Source of the DNA: the human T2T-CHM13v2.0 reference genome, Homo sapiens
Assembly: GCF_009914755.1 (NCBI RefSeq)
Contig: NC_060938.1
DNA: 64,000 nt
Reading direction: 5' to 3' (one strand)
Below the pieces are notes generated by a model. The model ran no database searches and was not told the origin of the DNA. It worked only from the letters and a program-made list of their open reading frames with translations. The translations under genes and the position numbers were made by a program. Numbering within the stretch: position 1 is the stretch's first letter; each line of letters begins with the position of its first letter. This document shows positions 1-12,070 of the stretch, in pieces.

Positions 1-16
1 ATTATTGGAACTGAAT

Positions 17-270
17 GCCCTTTATTCTCTGGGACATTAATATGGCAGGATGTAAGCTCAAAGCTGATGAGTAAGTGTCTCCACATGGAGACAGAGAGAG
101 AAAAAGCAATAAATTCTTGATGCAGATGACCTTTTTTGAGCTTCGAGATCACCTTCTGCTTAAAGTCAGATCTATTCCTGAGCTTTACCATTATGTGAGA
201 TAAGAATCTCTCCATTTTTGCTTCAGTGAAATTTCAAGCCCCTGCAACTGAAAGTTTTCTGTCTAATACA
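17..270 (+). mobile_element. MaLR solo LTR fragment (MLT1J/K/L-like), 3' part
   Basis: Ends in TGCAACTGAAAG...TCTAATACA, the typical old MLT1 3' terminus; highly diverged. Confidence 0.6.
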
Positions 271-555
271 GTTTCTAAGTCCTCAAGGTGCCTCCACACT
301 CAGATTCAAGGTATTCAGAGCATGGTATTAAGTGGAATCCTTTCCATGTGGAAATATTAACAAACAGGAAAAGTGAGCCTCCACTTCCACCCAGATCTAG
401 CTTAATCTGGAGAATTAGTACAGAGGGAAAGTTTATGCCCTAGTAAGACATGCAGCATGTATTTGTTAAGATAAAATTCTCTTTTATCTTCGCAATAGGA
501 CAATTATAAAATGAGCAATAGGGACATTATAAAACGATCAGTAATTGTGATTGAC

Positions 556-1328
556 TTTTTATTTTTATTTTTAATTATTATGCGTACATAATAGTTGTAT
601 ATGTTATTGGGTACATGTGATGTTTTCATACAAGCATACAATGTGTAATGATCAAATCAGGGTAATTGAAGTATGCATCGCCTCAAGCATTTATCATTTC
701 TTTGTGTTGGAAACATTCCAATTTCACTCTTGGTAAATGGAGTATCCATCACCTCAAGCATTTATCATTTCTTTGTGTTAGAAACAGTCCAATTTCTCTC
801 TTTTCATTATTTTAAAATAAGCAATAAATTCTTGTTAGCTATAATCACCCAATTGTGCTACCAAATACTAGATCATATTCATTTTATCTAACTGTACTTT
901 TGTACCCACTAACTATTACCATTTCAGCCCCCTCTCCCTGCTATCTTTTCTAGTCTCTAGTAACCGTCACTCTACTCTCTATCTCCATGAGTTCAAAAAA
1001 AATATTTTTTTTAGCTCTCACATATGAGCGAGAATATGTGATATCTGTCTTCCTGTGCCTGGTTTATTTCACTTAACATAATGTCTCCCAGTTCCATCTA
1101 TGTTGTTACAAATGACAGGGTTTTGTTCTTTTTATGGCTGAATAATATTCCACTGTGTATATACACCACATTTTCATTATCCATTCATTCATTCTTCCAT
1201 TGATGGACACTCAGATTGATTCTATATCTTGGCTACTGTAAATAGTGCTGCAATTAACATAGGAGTACAGATATCTATTCAATATACTGACTTTCTTTCT
1301 TTTGAATATGTAGCCAGCAGTGAAATTG
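556..1328 (-). mobile_element. L1MA (about L1MA2-4) 3' UTR and ORF2 end; 3' arm of a 5'-inverted L1
   Basis: T-rich tail from 556; L1MA 3' UTR motifs in antisense (ggtacatgtgatgtttt, cctcaagcatttatcatttctttgtg, tgtgcctggtttatttcacttaacataatg). Confidence 0.9.
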
Positions 1329-2292
1329 TAATCCTAAAATATATACAAAACCACAAAAGACCAGAATAGCCAAAGCCATCCTGAGCAAAAAGAACAAAAT
1401 TAGAGGAATCTCATTTCCTGACTTCAAATTATACTTCAAAGCTATGGTAACTGAAACATTGTGGTACTGACATAAAAACAGATACTTAGACCTATGGAAC
1501 AGAATAACTCCAGACATAACTCCACACATTTAAAGTTAACTAATTTTCAACAAAAGTACCAAACACATACACATTGGAGAAAGGATAGTTTCTTCAATAA
1601 ATGGTGCTGGGAAAACTAGATACCCATACGTAGAAGAATGAAACTAGACCCCGTCTCTTACCATACACAAAAATAAAATTAAAATTTATTAAAGACTTTA
1701 ATTTGGGGTCTGAAACTATGAAACTATTACAAGAAAACATTGAGGACATCCAGAACATAGATCTGGACAAAGATTTCTTGAGTAAGTTCTTAAAAGCACA
1801 GGCAACTAAAGCAAAAATGGACAATTTGGATCACATTAAGCTAAAAAGCTTCTGCTCAAAGAAATAATCCGAATTGAAGAGACAACCCACAGAATGGGAG
1901 AAAATATCTGCAAACTACTCATTTGACAAGAGATTAATAACCAGAATATATAAAGAGTTCAAACAACTCAATAGAGAAAAATAATCTGATTAAAAAAATG
2001 GAAAAGGGTCTGAATAGACATTTCTCAAAAGAAGACTTATGAATGGCCAAAAGGCATATGAAAAAATGTTCAACATCACTAAAAATGCTCAAATTTGATT
2101 TGAGAAATGCAAATCAAAACTACAATGACATATAATCTCATCCTAGTTAAAATGGTTTTTTTTAAAAAAATAGGCGATAATGAATGCTGGCAAGGATGTG
2201 GAGATAGGGCACTCCTCATACACTGTTGGTGGGAATGTAAATTAGTATAACCACTATGGAGAATAGTATGGAGGTTTCTTAAAAACTAAAAA
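1329..2292 (+). mobile_element. L1 ORF2 C-terminal fragment; inverted 5' arm of the same L1MA insertion
   Basis: Sense ORF2 motifs (agaatagccaaagccatcctgagcaaaaagaacaaa, ttcaataaatggtgctgggaaaact, cactgttggtgggaatgtaaattagta); ends where the antisense arm begins in the L1 consensus. Confidence 0.9.
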
Positions 2293-2714
2293 TGTGATTG
2301 CAATTTTCAGAGAACATTTTATCAGGGAGCTGAGGCCTTAATTCTGTCAGTTTAGTCAAATGGTATCCACTGACCTACCTGCCACCTCAATCATTTCTTT
2401 GTTGCCTTTAATATGCAAAAAGTTGTGGGAGGATGGTCTAATGTTTTGGCCAGTTAATTGGAGAAGATAAAGTTTAATTGCAGGTCAGGGTCTATATTAA
2501 AGTGATTTGGGTAAAGAAAGGGTAACACAGTCTGTTTCCCCATTCCCACACTCTCTTTTAACACCCTATGTAGTTAGAAAGTAATGAAACTGACAAAATT
2601 GTGTTATAAGATTGAGTGAATCACACAAAAAGAAGCAGCTCTGCTTGGGTAACTTTTAGAAAGAAGCCATTTTAGCTACCTCTATACAGGCCGAGCCCCA
2701 TTCTGGAACCCTGA

Positions 2715-3100
2715 GGTTATCTACCATAGCTGCCTAACAAACTACTTCCCAAAACTTAGTAGCTTAAAAAAGCAACCATTTTATTTCTTCACAGTTCTGT
2801 CAGTCAGAAATTCTGGCTCATCTCTGCTTCTCAATGTTCCTTACAGCATGGTAGTCACAAAGTTGTAAAAGTTCTTTCATGACAACTGGTTTCCAAAAAA
2901 TAATACTCTGATAGAATACGACCCATCGTACAAGCACTTATTGAGCCTCTGCCTGAATCATGTTTGCTTATATCCCTTTGCTCAAAGCAAGTCACATGGT
3001 CTAGCCCAGAATCAACATGGAAGGGGATAAAGCAAGAACATACACAAGGAAGCGAGATTCAATTGTGGAGGAAGGGCACTAATAAATCAAGTCTACCATA
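2715..3100 (-). mobile_element. MaLR solo LTR (MLT1F/G/H-like)
   Basis: Antisense MLT1 hallmarks: taacaaactac..ccaaaacttagtagcttaaaa..caaccatttt and aaagcaagtcacatgg..gcccaga. Confidence 0.7.
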
Positions 3101-4269
3101 GGCTTAAATACTGAATTTCTCACAAAAATAATGTGCTTTTTTCCAGGTGCTTTATAGAGACTGCAGGTAAGCAGTAATTACTGGTTCAGGAAAGGAAAAA
3201 CATAGTAGCCACCAAAACATTGCTGCAGTTAAAAGATTGTCTTATGAATATAAGAGAAGTATTTTCTTGGGTACTCTGAGAAATAACTACAGAATATCCA
3301 AAGGAGTGCTAATTTCCTACTTGAGCATGGTATCATAATTTGGCGATAAATGGAAATGTGACTTCATTTTCTAATTAAAGCCTGGCAAGATACGGACTTA
3401 AAAATGATAGAGAAGACAACAACAATAATAAATATGTGGTATTTTAAAGCCCAGACTATTTCCTTAGGTTTTACCCAATTTCTTTACATAACATTTGAGT
3501 ACCACACCACTAGTGGCTCCCATAGTATTTTAAACTATCCAAATTGTGTATGTTCGCCACCATGAGGAAACAAAAATTTAACCTGTGATTTAAAAAAAAA
3601 AAAATCATAGTTAACAATGTTCACCACAGGGATTCAAAGTAAATATCTTCTAACTTTTTTGTCATTAATTCAATATTGGTCAATGCTATAAAATCTACCT
3701 TTCTAAGAGAAAATACTTCAAAATGACTTTGATTTGGAAGGGTATCATCTATTCTTTGTCCTTAACTACTCTTACCAATGAAAGAAAATTTAATACTGAT
3801 CTTTCCTGCCAGTTACTGGTGACAATGGCAGATCTCTCTGAAAAGAAAGCAAACTTACTTAATTAACAGCTCAGATGGAACGGTAAACTGACCTTCATTT
3901 GATGGTATTACCACATTCAAAGACACTCCTCAGGGAAAAATAGTCTACTTGAAACAGAGTACTTCCCATTATGGGGAAACATCAAGAAGAAATCAAGCCC
4001 ATATCCACATGAGAGAAAGGAAGATTAACTATTTCTATAGAACATAAAGTAATTATTATTCTAGTTTTGGTTTCTTATTCTTTACTTCTGGAAAATTCTC
4101 TTCCACAACTTGGCCAAGCTAAATGTCAACCACTTGATTTGTTCTAATGCAAATGGACCACAATGAAGTATAAGACTACTTCAATATAAGTGTATACCAA
4201 ACTTATTTTTATGTAATCTATTATCTACCATCTTTAGCATTAAAATACATATTTTGACTTTAGTTAGGC

Positions 4270-4630
4270 AATCAACACTTTTTTTATTGCATGTCTAGTA
4301 TGTACTAGGTGCCATTCTAAATGTTAGGACTATAAGTGTGAATAGGAGAAATTCTTTGCTTGACGACTTATATTTATGTGTGAGGGGGGACAAGAAATGA
4401 GGAAAAAAACAGTAAATAAGCAGGAAAATAAAATTTCATGTACTCATAGAGCTGTGAAAATGATAAAATGGGGATATGATTGCAAGTGACTGAGGGAAAG
4501 AAGATGAAATGGGATAATATGATAACATGTACTTGGGTAAAAGAATGGGAGTCTGCTTCAGCTAAGATGATGTTTCTCACCTCTCTGAGACCATAGGATT
4601 GGTAAATAGCTAGATTGAGGTCACAGGCAG
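4270..4630 (-). mobile_element. L2 3' fragment
   Basis: Antisense L2 tail-like ttattgcatgtctagtatgtactaggtgccattctaaatgttagg followed by purine-rich L2-like sequence. Confidence 0.55.
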
Positions 4631-4668
4631 GCAGGCTGAACTACAACTAGTCTCCTCACTGTAAAACT

Positions 4669-4800
4669 TAGAGTTACTGTATAATTTATTGTCCAACCTG
4701 GGGCACTTCTGAGAGTAAAAGGTGAATGTGATTAATAATTATTGCAGAACAGCAGGCATAAATGGGACCATCTCAGATAAACCAAGACATGTAATTGCAA
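4669..4800 (+). mobile_element. MER94-like hAT-Blackjack MITE
   Basis: Colinear with recalled MER94 consensus: tataatttattgtccaacctggggcacttctgagagtaaaagg...attaataatta...caggcataaatgggacc. Confidence 0.65.
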
Positions 4801-4860
4801 TTCAATGAAGAAAAATACTGTTATCATTCTTTATAAAATAATAAGAATAATGATAGTGAT

Positions 4861-5306
4861 TGCTGTGGTTGGATGTGGTTTGTCCCCACCAAAACTTACG
4901 CTGAAATTTCACTCCCGATGTGGCAGTGTTGGAAGGTGGGGCCTACTGGGAGGTGTTTGGGTCATGGGGGTAGATGCTTCCTGAATAGGCTAATGCCTTC
5001 CCTGGGCGTGAGTGAGTTCTTGCTCTTCCAGGAATGAATTACTTCTCATGAGATGGGGTTGTTAAAAAGAGTCTGGTTTTCTCAGTTTTTCTCTCTTGCT
5101 TCTTCTCTGGTCATGTGGTCTTGTTGTCATGCCAGCTCCCATTCCACTTTCCACCATGAGTGGAACCAGCCTGAGACCCTTATCAGGTGCAGCTTCCCAA
5201 TCTTGAGCCTTCCAGCCACAAAATCATGAGCCAAATAAACCTCTTTTCTTTATAATTTGCCCAGCTTTATACATTTTGTCATAGCAGCACAAAATGGACT
5301 AAGGTA
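4861..5306 (+). mobile_element. MST (MSTB-like) MaLR solo LTR, full length
   Basis: Starts tgctgtggttggatgtggtttgtcccc, has ccaaataaacctcttttctttata, ends ggactaaggta; 5-bp TSD gtgat/gtggt (4856-4860, 5307-5311). Confidence 0.88.
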
Positions 5307-5750
5307 GTGGTAATAACTTAACTACGGCATTTATCTTTGGAGGCATTCCAGTCATTTCACATACATTATTTAATTGATTTTCTTGAGGAAAAGAGAACTT
5401 CTCACAAATAAGAGAGCTGTTCCAAATAAAAAGGCAAGATCATTCCAAGAGACATAAAAAAAAAACCATTGCATTTTCTAAATTCAATGTGAACATGTTA
5501 AAGGTTAAATTTAAATTAAATAAAAGCCTATTTTTTATTTAATTTACATTAAATAAATGTGAACCTCAAATGGGCAAATATTTAGTAAGCATATAATAAA
5601 CACCAGGCACAGTATTAGGTTCTGGGAGACATAGATCAATAGGAAAAGACCATTGCCCTGGAGAAGCCCTCTTCAGCTGGCTAAAGAATACTTCCTGCAG
5701 CTAAAATAGACTCACTATGTTTCACAAACAAATGAATAAACACTTCTCTG

Positions 5751-5776
5751 GTCCATTAGTCCATTAGTCCATTAGT
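5751..5776. repeat. Tandem 8-mer (GTCCATTA)x3
   Basis: Directly visible gtccatta gtccatta gtccatta gt. Confidence 0.9.
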
Positions 5777-6065
5777 ATTTTCTGCCTTTCGCTTCCTCTG
5801 TTGTTATATAATCTCAAAGTGAGAAGACTTTGGCTGTAGTTGCCTATGCACTGTTGACTAGCCACTTGTGCTACTGTTCCCACTGTATCAATGTGGTCCT
5901 GCAAAACAAATATGAAAATTCCCATAACCTCCGTCTTCATGGGTATGTTCAAAAGACAAAGGATATGCAGGGGTAAATATTATTTTGATAAAGCTCTCTG
6001 TGTGCAGACCTTGAAGCTGACAACCTCTATGGGTAGCCCAGCCTCTGGTTTTATTCCCTTCCTGC

Positions 6066-6990
6066 CTGTTATAACATAATAAAAAAACGTGCATTTGGTC
6101 TCTGCCCCAGTTTTCTGAGACAGAGCTCCTAAAACCCTTATACATAGGAATGTCAGGACAATGTTTTGTTCTATTATTTTGTCTTTGACCCCAGTTTCTA
6201 ACATAGAGTTTCTATGGCCTTTTTAATTTCCTGACTGATAGGAGCCTTGAACACAAAGCTCCTAAATCTCTTGGAATTTCATAGGTAATAGAAGCATCTT
6301 TTGTTCTAATGAGGCAACACTTTGGTGGGCTCCTGATGGGGGCTGCTCACTAGAAAGATCAAGCCGTAATATTAGCTTGGAAATTCCAGCCCTACTCCTA
6401 TCCTCAAGGATGAGACAGGGGCTGGAAATTGAGTTAATAAGCAAGCATGCCTATGTGATAAGGCCTTCATCAAAATCCCAAAATTATGGAGTTTGGAAAG
6501 CTTCCAGGTTGCTGAATTCATGGAGATGCTGGGAGGGAGCATGCGGGAAAGGACATGTAAGATCTGAACCCCTTTCCCCATACCTTGCCCTGTCCATTTC
6601 TTCCATCTGGCTGTTCCTGAGTTATATTATTTTATCAAAACAAAACAAACAGGTAAACGTAAGTAAAGCATTCCCCAAGTTCTGTGAACCATGATCAACC
6701 TCAAGAAGGGGTTGTGGGAACTTCTAATTTACAGTTGGTTGGTCAGAAGTACTTGAGGCCTGCACTTGTGATTGGCATCTGAAGTGGGTGGCCATCTTAC
6801 AGGACTGAGCCTTTAACCTGAGGGATCTGATGTTAACTCCAGGTAGATAGGGTCAGAATTGAATTTAATTCTAGGATATCCAGCTTGTATTGGAGAATTG
6901 GTCAGTGTGTGAACAACTCCATATATATCTTGGTGACCAGAAGTATTGTGAGAGAAGAGTAAGAGAAAAGACAGTTTTGTTTTCTCTATA
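6066..6990 (+). mobile_element. MER21 (B/C-like) ERV LTR
   Basis: MER21 motifs: cagagctcctaaaaccctt, ttttgttctaatgaggc, ccccataccttgccctg, gtgattggcatctgaagtggg, aactccaggtagatagggtcagaattgaatt. Confidence 0.85.
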
Positions 6991-7078
6991 TATCTACCCT
7001 AAAGAATAACCAGGGCCTGCTCCTAGGTTCCTTATCCACTATAAAACCCTAGCCTCAGGGAAAGATTTAATGTATATC

Positions 7079-7393
7079 TTTCTTAGTCCATTTGACCTGC
7101 TATAACAAACGACCATGAACAGGGAGACTTATTCACAATAGAAATTTATTTCTCACATTTCTGGAGGCTGGGAAATCCAACATCAAGGCACCAGGAGACT
7201 TGATGTCTGATGATGGTCTGCTTCCTCTTAGAAGGTCATCTTCTCACTAAAGGAAGGGCACTAATCCCATTAATGAGGGTGGAGCCCTCATGATCTAGTC
7301 ATCCACAAAGATCCCACCTCCAGATACCCTCACAATGAGTATTAGGTTTCAACATAGGAATTCTGGGAGCATACAAATATTTAGACTACAGCA
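7079..7393 (-). mobile_element. MLT1A/MST-type MaLR solo LTR
   Basis: tcttagtccattt..ctgctataacaaa, gaaatttatttctcaca..tctggaggctgggaa, gggcactaatcccattaatgagggtggagccctcatga. Confidence 0.85.
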
Positions 7394-7989
7394 AAGTCTA
7401 GTTGATTCCACTGGCTTCTTGTCTCTGGTAATTGGTGGTTCAAAACTTATTACTAATTGCCTAAGAAGGGCTTTTTCCCTGGTTGGAGGAATTTCAGGAA
7501 TCTTGGAGAGAAGATGGAGAAGGAGTTCTATTAGGCAAGGTGTCTATTTGGGTCAAGTGTAAAGCCTAGCAGAAGGAAAAATTGAATTCAAGATATTTCA
7601 GAAAAAAGAGCATTGTAATTTCCTAAAAGTCGTCAAGAGATTGCCATGCCTTTTGGGAGATGGGCATGGGAGTGGTGGCTGACAGAAGGTAAAAGGAAAT
7701 GAAAGTTGACATTGTGGGTAATCCTATTTTCTCCTGTTCATGACCACTATTAATGTCACAGCTGTTTCCAAAAGTGTTCTAAGTCGCTTAGCAAGCTGAC
7801 TTGGCTAATAAGTGAGGGATTATGAAGAGCTGGTATTTATTTTCCAAGAAAGTGATAGAAACCCAAACTTAGGAGACATTTTCCCTCATTCATTCCTTAC
7901 TGACTGGAGATAATGAACTGAGACCTCTAAGGCAGCTGGAGGAACAAAAGCCTGCCAGAGCCTGTAAACCATCTAGTTCAAAAATGATC

Positions 7990-8145
7990 TGTGTCACTAG
8001 CCTGGCCTGAACTCCTGCAAGTTATATAACTCATTTCCTCACATGTAAGTTGGGGAAACAGTAGACATCCAACCAGACGGTGGTTGTAAAGATTTTTGTT
8101 AAGCCAAGTGCAGCAGTGAATGTGCACTGAGAAAAGTCAATACAC
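7990..8145 (+). mobile_element. MIR fragment
   Basis: Core-like gcaagttatataactcatttcctcacatgtaagttgggga...ggtggttgtaaagatt. Confidence 0.5.
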
Positions 8146-8439
8146 ATTTGTCAGTTGGCATGAAATGAAAGAGAGTCACAGTGGGAAGACTGTGGTGAGT
8201 TATAACCTGCCCAGTCTTCCACTTCAGTGAAGTAACAGCCAGAACAGTGGGAGAAGATAGTCCAATAAACACCCTGATGGATGACACCTCATTCTTGCAA
8301 CTCAGTCAAATGAGACCTCCCAGGTAGATGTAGATGAGAGGAACCTCACAGCCACAAGAAGGGAACCAATTTGAGGGATGGAAAAAAGCTCACAGCATAG
8401 CCAAAACAGTTTCATCTGTGACTCCATGACACCCACCTT

Positions 8440-8709
8440 GATTCATTCCCTTCTTTAGGCATTCATTTGTTAAAATAGTAAATTTTTGTTGGATTTTCAC
8501 TCTGGGCCAGGCATTGTGTTAGGCATGTGAACTCAAAACCTAGTTCTTGCCTTCAATTTTATGATGTAGTAGGGCAAAACAGACAATTCAGTGATGTAAG
8601 TGTCTTAACAAGGAAAATAAGAGGATGCTATGAGATCCCAAAAACCAAATCATTGAGAAGAAGGTGAGGCTTTAAGAGGAAGTGCTATCTACCTGGAACT
8701 GAAGGACAG
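8440..8709 (-). mobile_element. L2 3' fragment, interrupted by LTR18A
   Basis: attcattc tail and gggccaggcattgtgttaggc (antisense L2 end). Confidence 0.6.
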
Positions 8710-9061
8710 TGTAAGGGAAATGGCTGCATTTCAGTCAGGAGTAGGCTGAGGCAGCCTTCCAGCACAGTGTGACTCAGCAGGTTTGGAGTGCAGGTGCACA
8801 ACCCTGCCCGTTACGTAATCACGCCACATGAGGTGCATTAGGTAATCACTCACATGAGCTTGTGCTTGCTTGGAGCCACTATTGTCTATAAAAGGTATAA
8901 TTACCCTGCTAATGCTATACATATGTCTGGCACACAGGCTTTTGCCCAGAGAGAGCATAAAGCCATGTTGAAACTGTCAACGATTCTTTGAGTGTTTCTC
9001 CAGCTACCGGCTACCTGCCCACTGATTCCCTTTGGACCTCAGTTTGGGCTAGAACCTGACA
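8710..9061 (+). mobile_element. LTR18A (ERVL/HERV18) solo LTR, full length 352 bp
   Basis: TG...CA termini (tgtaagggaaatggctgc ... gggctagaacctgaca), perfect 5-bp TSD GACAG (8705-8709, 9062-9066), colinear with recalled LTR18A consensus. Confidence 0.88.
8769..8894 (+). promoter_or_regulatory. LTR U3 motif set: ARE/AP-1 GTGACTCAGCA (8769-8779), PAR-bZIP/CEBP GTTACGTAAT (8810-8819), TATA TATAAAAG (8887-8894)
   Basis: Consensus matches seen directly; activity not shown. Confidence 0.5.
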
Positions 9062-11949
9062 GACAGTTATAAGCTACCCCAGCAAAAGTGTCAGAAATAA
9101 GGAAGCAGGGGTGCAGGGAGAAGTTTTCAAGAAAAGGAACAGTAACACTATGCTTAAAGACTCAGAGAACTTTTTTTTCAATATTTATAGATTGACCTCT
9201 TCAAGGTAAGCAATGTACTAGATGCATTGCTATGCATTAAGATGAGAATATACTACTCCAGGATACAAGGAACTTAAAACCTCACAAATAAGATGGCTTT
9301 GATAACAGTTATAAAGGAAAGCATAATTTACATGCCAAAGACCTCTTAAGTTTGTTTAGTTAATTCAGCCTCCTAGCCCACTCTCCCCCATAACTCCCAC
9401 CCCCAAGAAACTAGTTTATTGTTAGAATTTATGTTAGCTAAAACACCATTTAACAGGTGATTTTTCTCTTCCAGTTCTTACTCCATTATAAGAAAAAGGA
9501 AGAATTAAATTAATTGCATCTTTGCATATTCAGCTGAAATATGGTCAATTCAGTGGTTAAAAGAAAACCCTATTGCAACTGAATGAGTAAACATTGATTT
9601 ACTCTGTCAGTTCAATAATCTGAGCTTCTATAACTATGGCCACACTATTCTCTTCTTTGATATTTTTTCTCAACTATCTTATATTGTGACATCTGCTGTC
9701 TACACAGTGACCTACATGGACCAGAGCACACTGTAAATGCCCTTGTGGGGAAAGCCTATGTCCTTTAACTTCTGTGTTCCCTGCTCAGTATTTAAAACAG
9801 AGACTTAAACAATTTAGGAAACATTTGTTCACTCATCAATGGCTTTACCTGAGACACGAGAGTGCCTGAAAATAAAGAAGTAAGAGTCAGTATTTGAAAG
9901 GTGTAGATACCAGAGAAGGAGAGCAAGCCATTAGTCATGACTTAAGGACATAGAGGTCAGGAGGTAAACTGACTCAGGGAACTGGCTCCTGAATGTCAAG
10001 AAATGCTTTCAATCTTGTGGGTTGTACATGCCCTCCATGAATTATGGAATTGTTTAGGCCCTTTACATGCTCCCTGGCCTTGAGCAACACAGGAGAAGAA
10101 GTCTCAGGGAATACTGCTGTCTTTCTCTGGTCAATGGAGCACCTGGTGAATGGAGCAGCTGATCTGATTTTGCCTTTTCTATACAAATTTCAATATGATT
10201 CAATTGGCCTGGGGCCCCAGTGAAATGCAGTCTGCCCTGACCTCTGTTGTCCTGTTGCATGGCTTAAAATCCAGTTGCCAAGTCACAATGGCAGCTCAGA
10301 TTCCGGCCTCCTGGCTTCTCCTTGTCAGAATCTGCTCATGTAATGAAGTGCAGCCTCTGCTTTCCGGGCAGTTTCCAGTATCTTCTCCATCTCACTTACA
10401 TTTACTTCACTGACTTTTGACAGATTACTTTCTACAGGAAACCACAGTTGGAAACTGGAATCTGATGAGGCTCTGAAGAACTCTCTTTGGTAATGAAAGA
10501 GAGGCCAACAACAAACAAACAAGCTCTTGAAGTAGAGCAATTAGGGGCAATGTTCTTGGTTATGGATTCTCCCTGCCATGTCATCTCTTTTGTTCTGCTC
10601 ATCTTGTCTTCGTCCCAAGAAGTTGCTGAGCAGCAAAGAGCAGCACAAGGAAGGTCACACTAGAGAACTTGAAGAATAGGCAACCCAGCTTACTGGGCTC
10701 TTAGTACATGGAAGGTGGCTTCAGAGCTATGTTTAAAAATTGGTATTGTCTCAGATGACCCAAATTCTCCTTGAGGTGTTCTGGAAAGACTATGGGCTTT
10801 CAGCTTTACCAATTAGTAGGTGGAAAGTTACATTATGTCTCTGCTTACAAGCAGAGTTTGTAGCCCTTTCTATAGAATGTCAGCGTTGCCTTTCAGGGCA
10901 CTCTTCAACCGAGGAAAGTCATTCTTTTCCTTCAGCCCAGCCTCCCATATTTATTATGATTCTAAATATTGCTCACCCTCTCTTGCCACCCAGAAGCTAA
11001 GACAACAACTAATTAAGAGCATCTTTGGAGAACTCGGAATATTCTAGATCAATATTAATGTTTTACTGTTGAGATAAAAGATTATGCCATTCATTGCAGG
11101 AACAAGTTATAAAGAAACATCCTAAGACAAAATTATACTTTGAAATATAAATATCCAAAATATAAATGATGATTCACTTGTGACCAGGTTTAGGGAGAAA
11201 GGCAGTTAAGCTTGGCATTAGTACTCTCCTTGGGGTTATTGTTTTTTTATCACTAGGGATGGCTGAGTTGCTAAGCTCACCCAAGATTAGAAGTGTTTCC
11301 AAAGCACCTCAGCTTGCACATGGGTCAAAATTTTTCCCTATGGGGCAGTCAACTCCTAACTGCTACTCTTAATCAGGCTCCTCTGGGGCACTGTCATGTC
11401 ACAGCCTCATGAACATCATTATCAAGACTGATTTTTGCCCTGTGGCTGCAACAATGAACTTTTGCCCTACTACCTGTTTCAACTTTCAGAATCAAGTAAG
11501 GGTTTGTTGTATTTTTCTTTTCTTTTTCTTTTCTTTTTTTTTTTTTTGGTGAGATATTTGGAAACATGGCATAAACCTCAGGGTTTTTTTCCCAATCATG
11601 TCAGTAAAATATTACCCTGACCTTCATCCTTCCTGACCCCTTAGAAAACATGGACTCCTACTCATGGGGAGGTGACTACTAGATTTTCTGACATAAATGT
11701 TCACGATAAACACTAGGAGCACAGGAGTTGATACTTACAAATTCTCTCCTGTCCTCTGATCACAGTGCTGTGCAAATTCAAATCCTAAGGAGGGACAGAG
11801 AAGAGGGAACTCTGTCCTCTGCTAACCTTCCCCCCTTCAGCAAATTCTCACTTCTTAACAGCACTGCCCGTTTGAAAGCATGTATCCCATTTTTCAAGAA
11901 GGAAAGCCACAATGTCCATTTTTTCCTTAATGTTTTCTACTCATAATAG

Positions 11950-12070
11950 CTATAAAATACTCTAGGCACATATTCAATTTCATCTTTACAAAGAACGCAA
12001 GGAAGCTAGAGACCAGGGTGTCTGAGAGCAATAAGTGGCTAGGCTGATATTCAAACTCTGATGTTTCTGT
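11950..12070 (-). mobile_element. MIR fragment
   Basis: tttcatctttacaaag..ggaagctagagaccagggt..aagtggctaggctgatattcaaactc. Confidence 0.45.

Noticed and set aside
9974-10540. Overlapping short ORFs suggesting a processed pseudogene
   Set aside because: No recognisable parent protein, polyA tail or TSD
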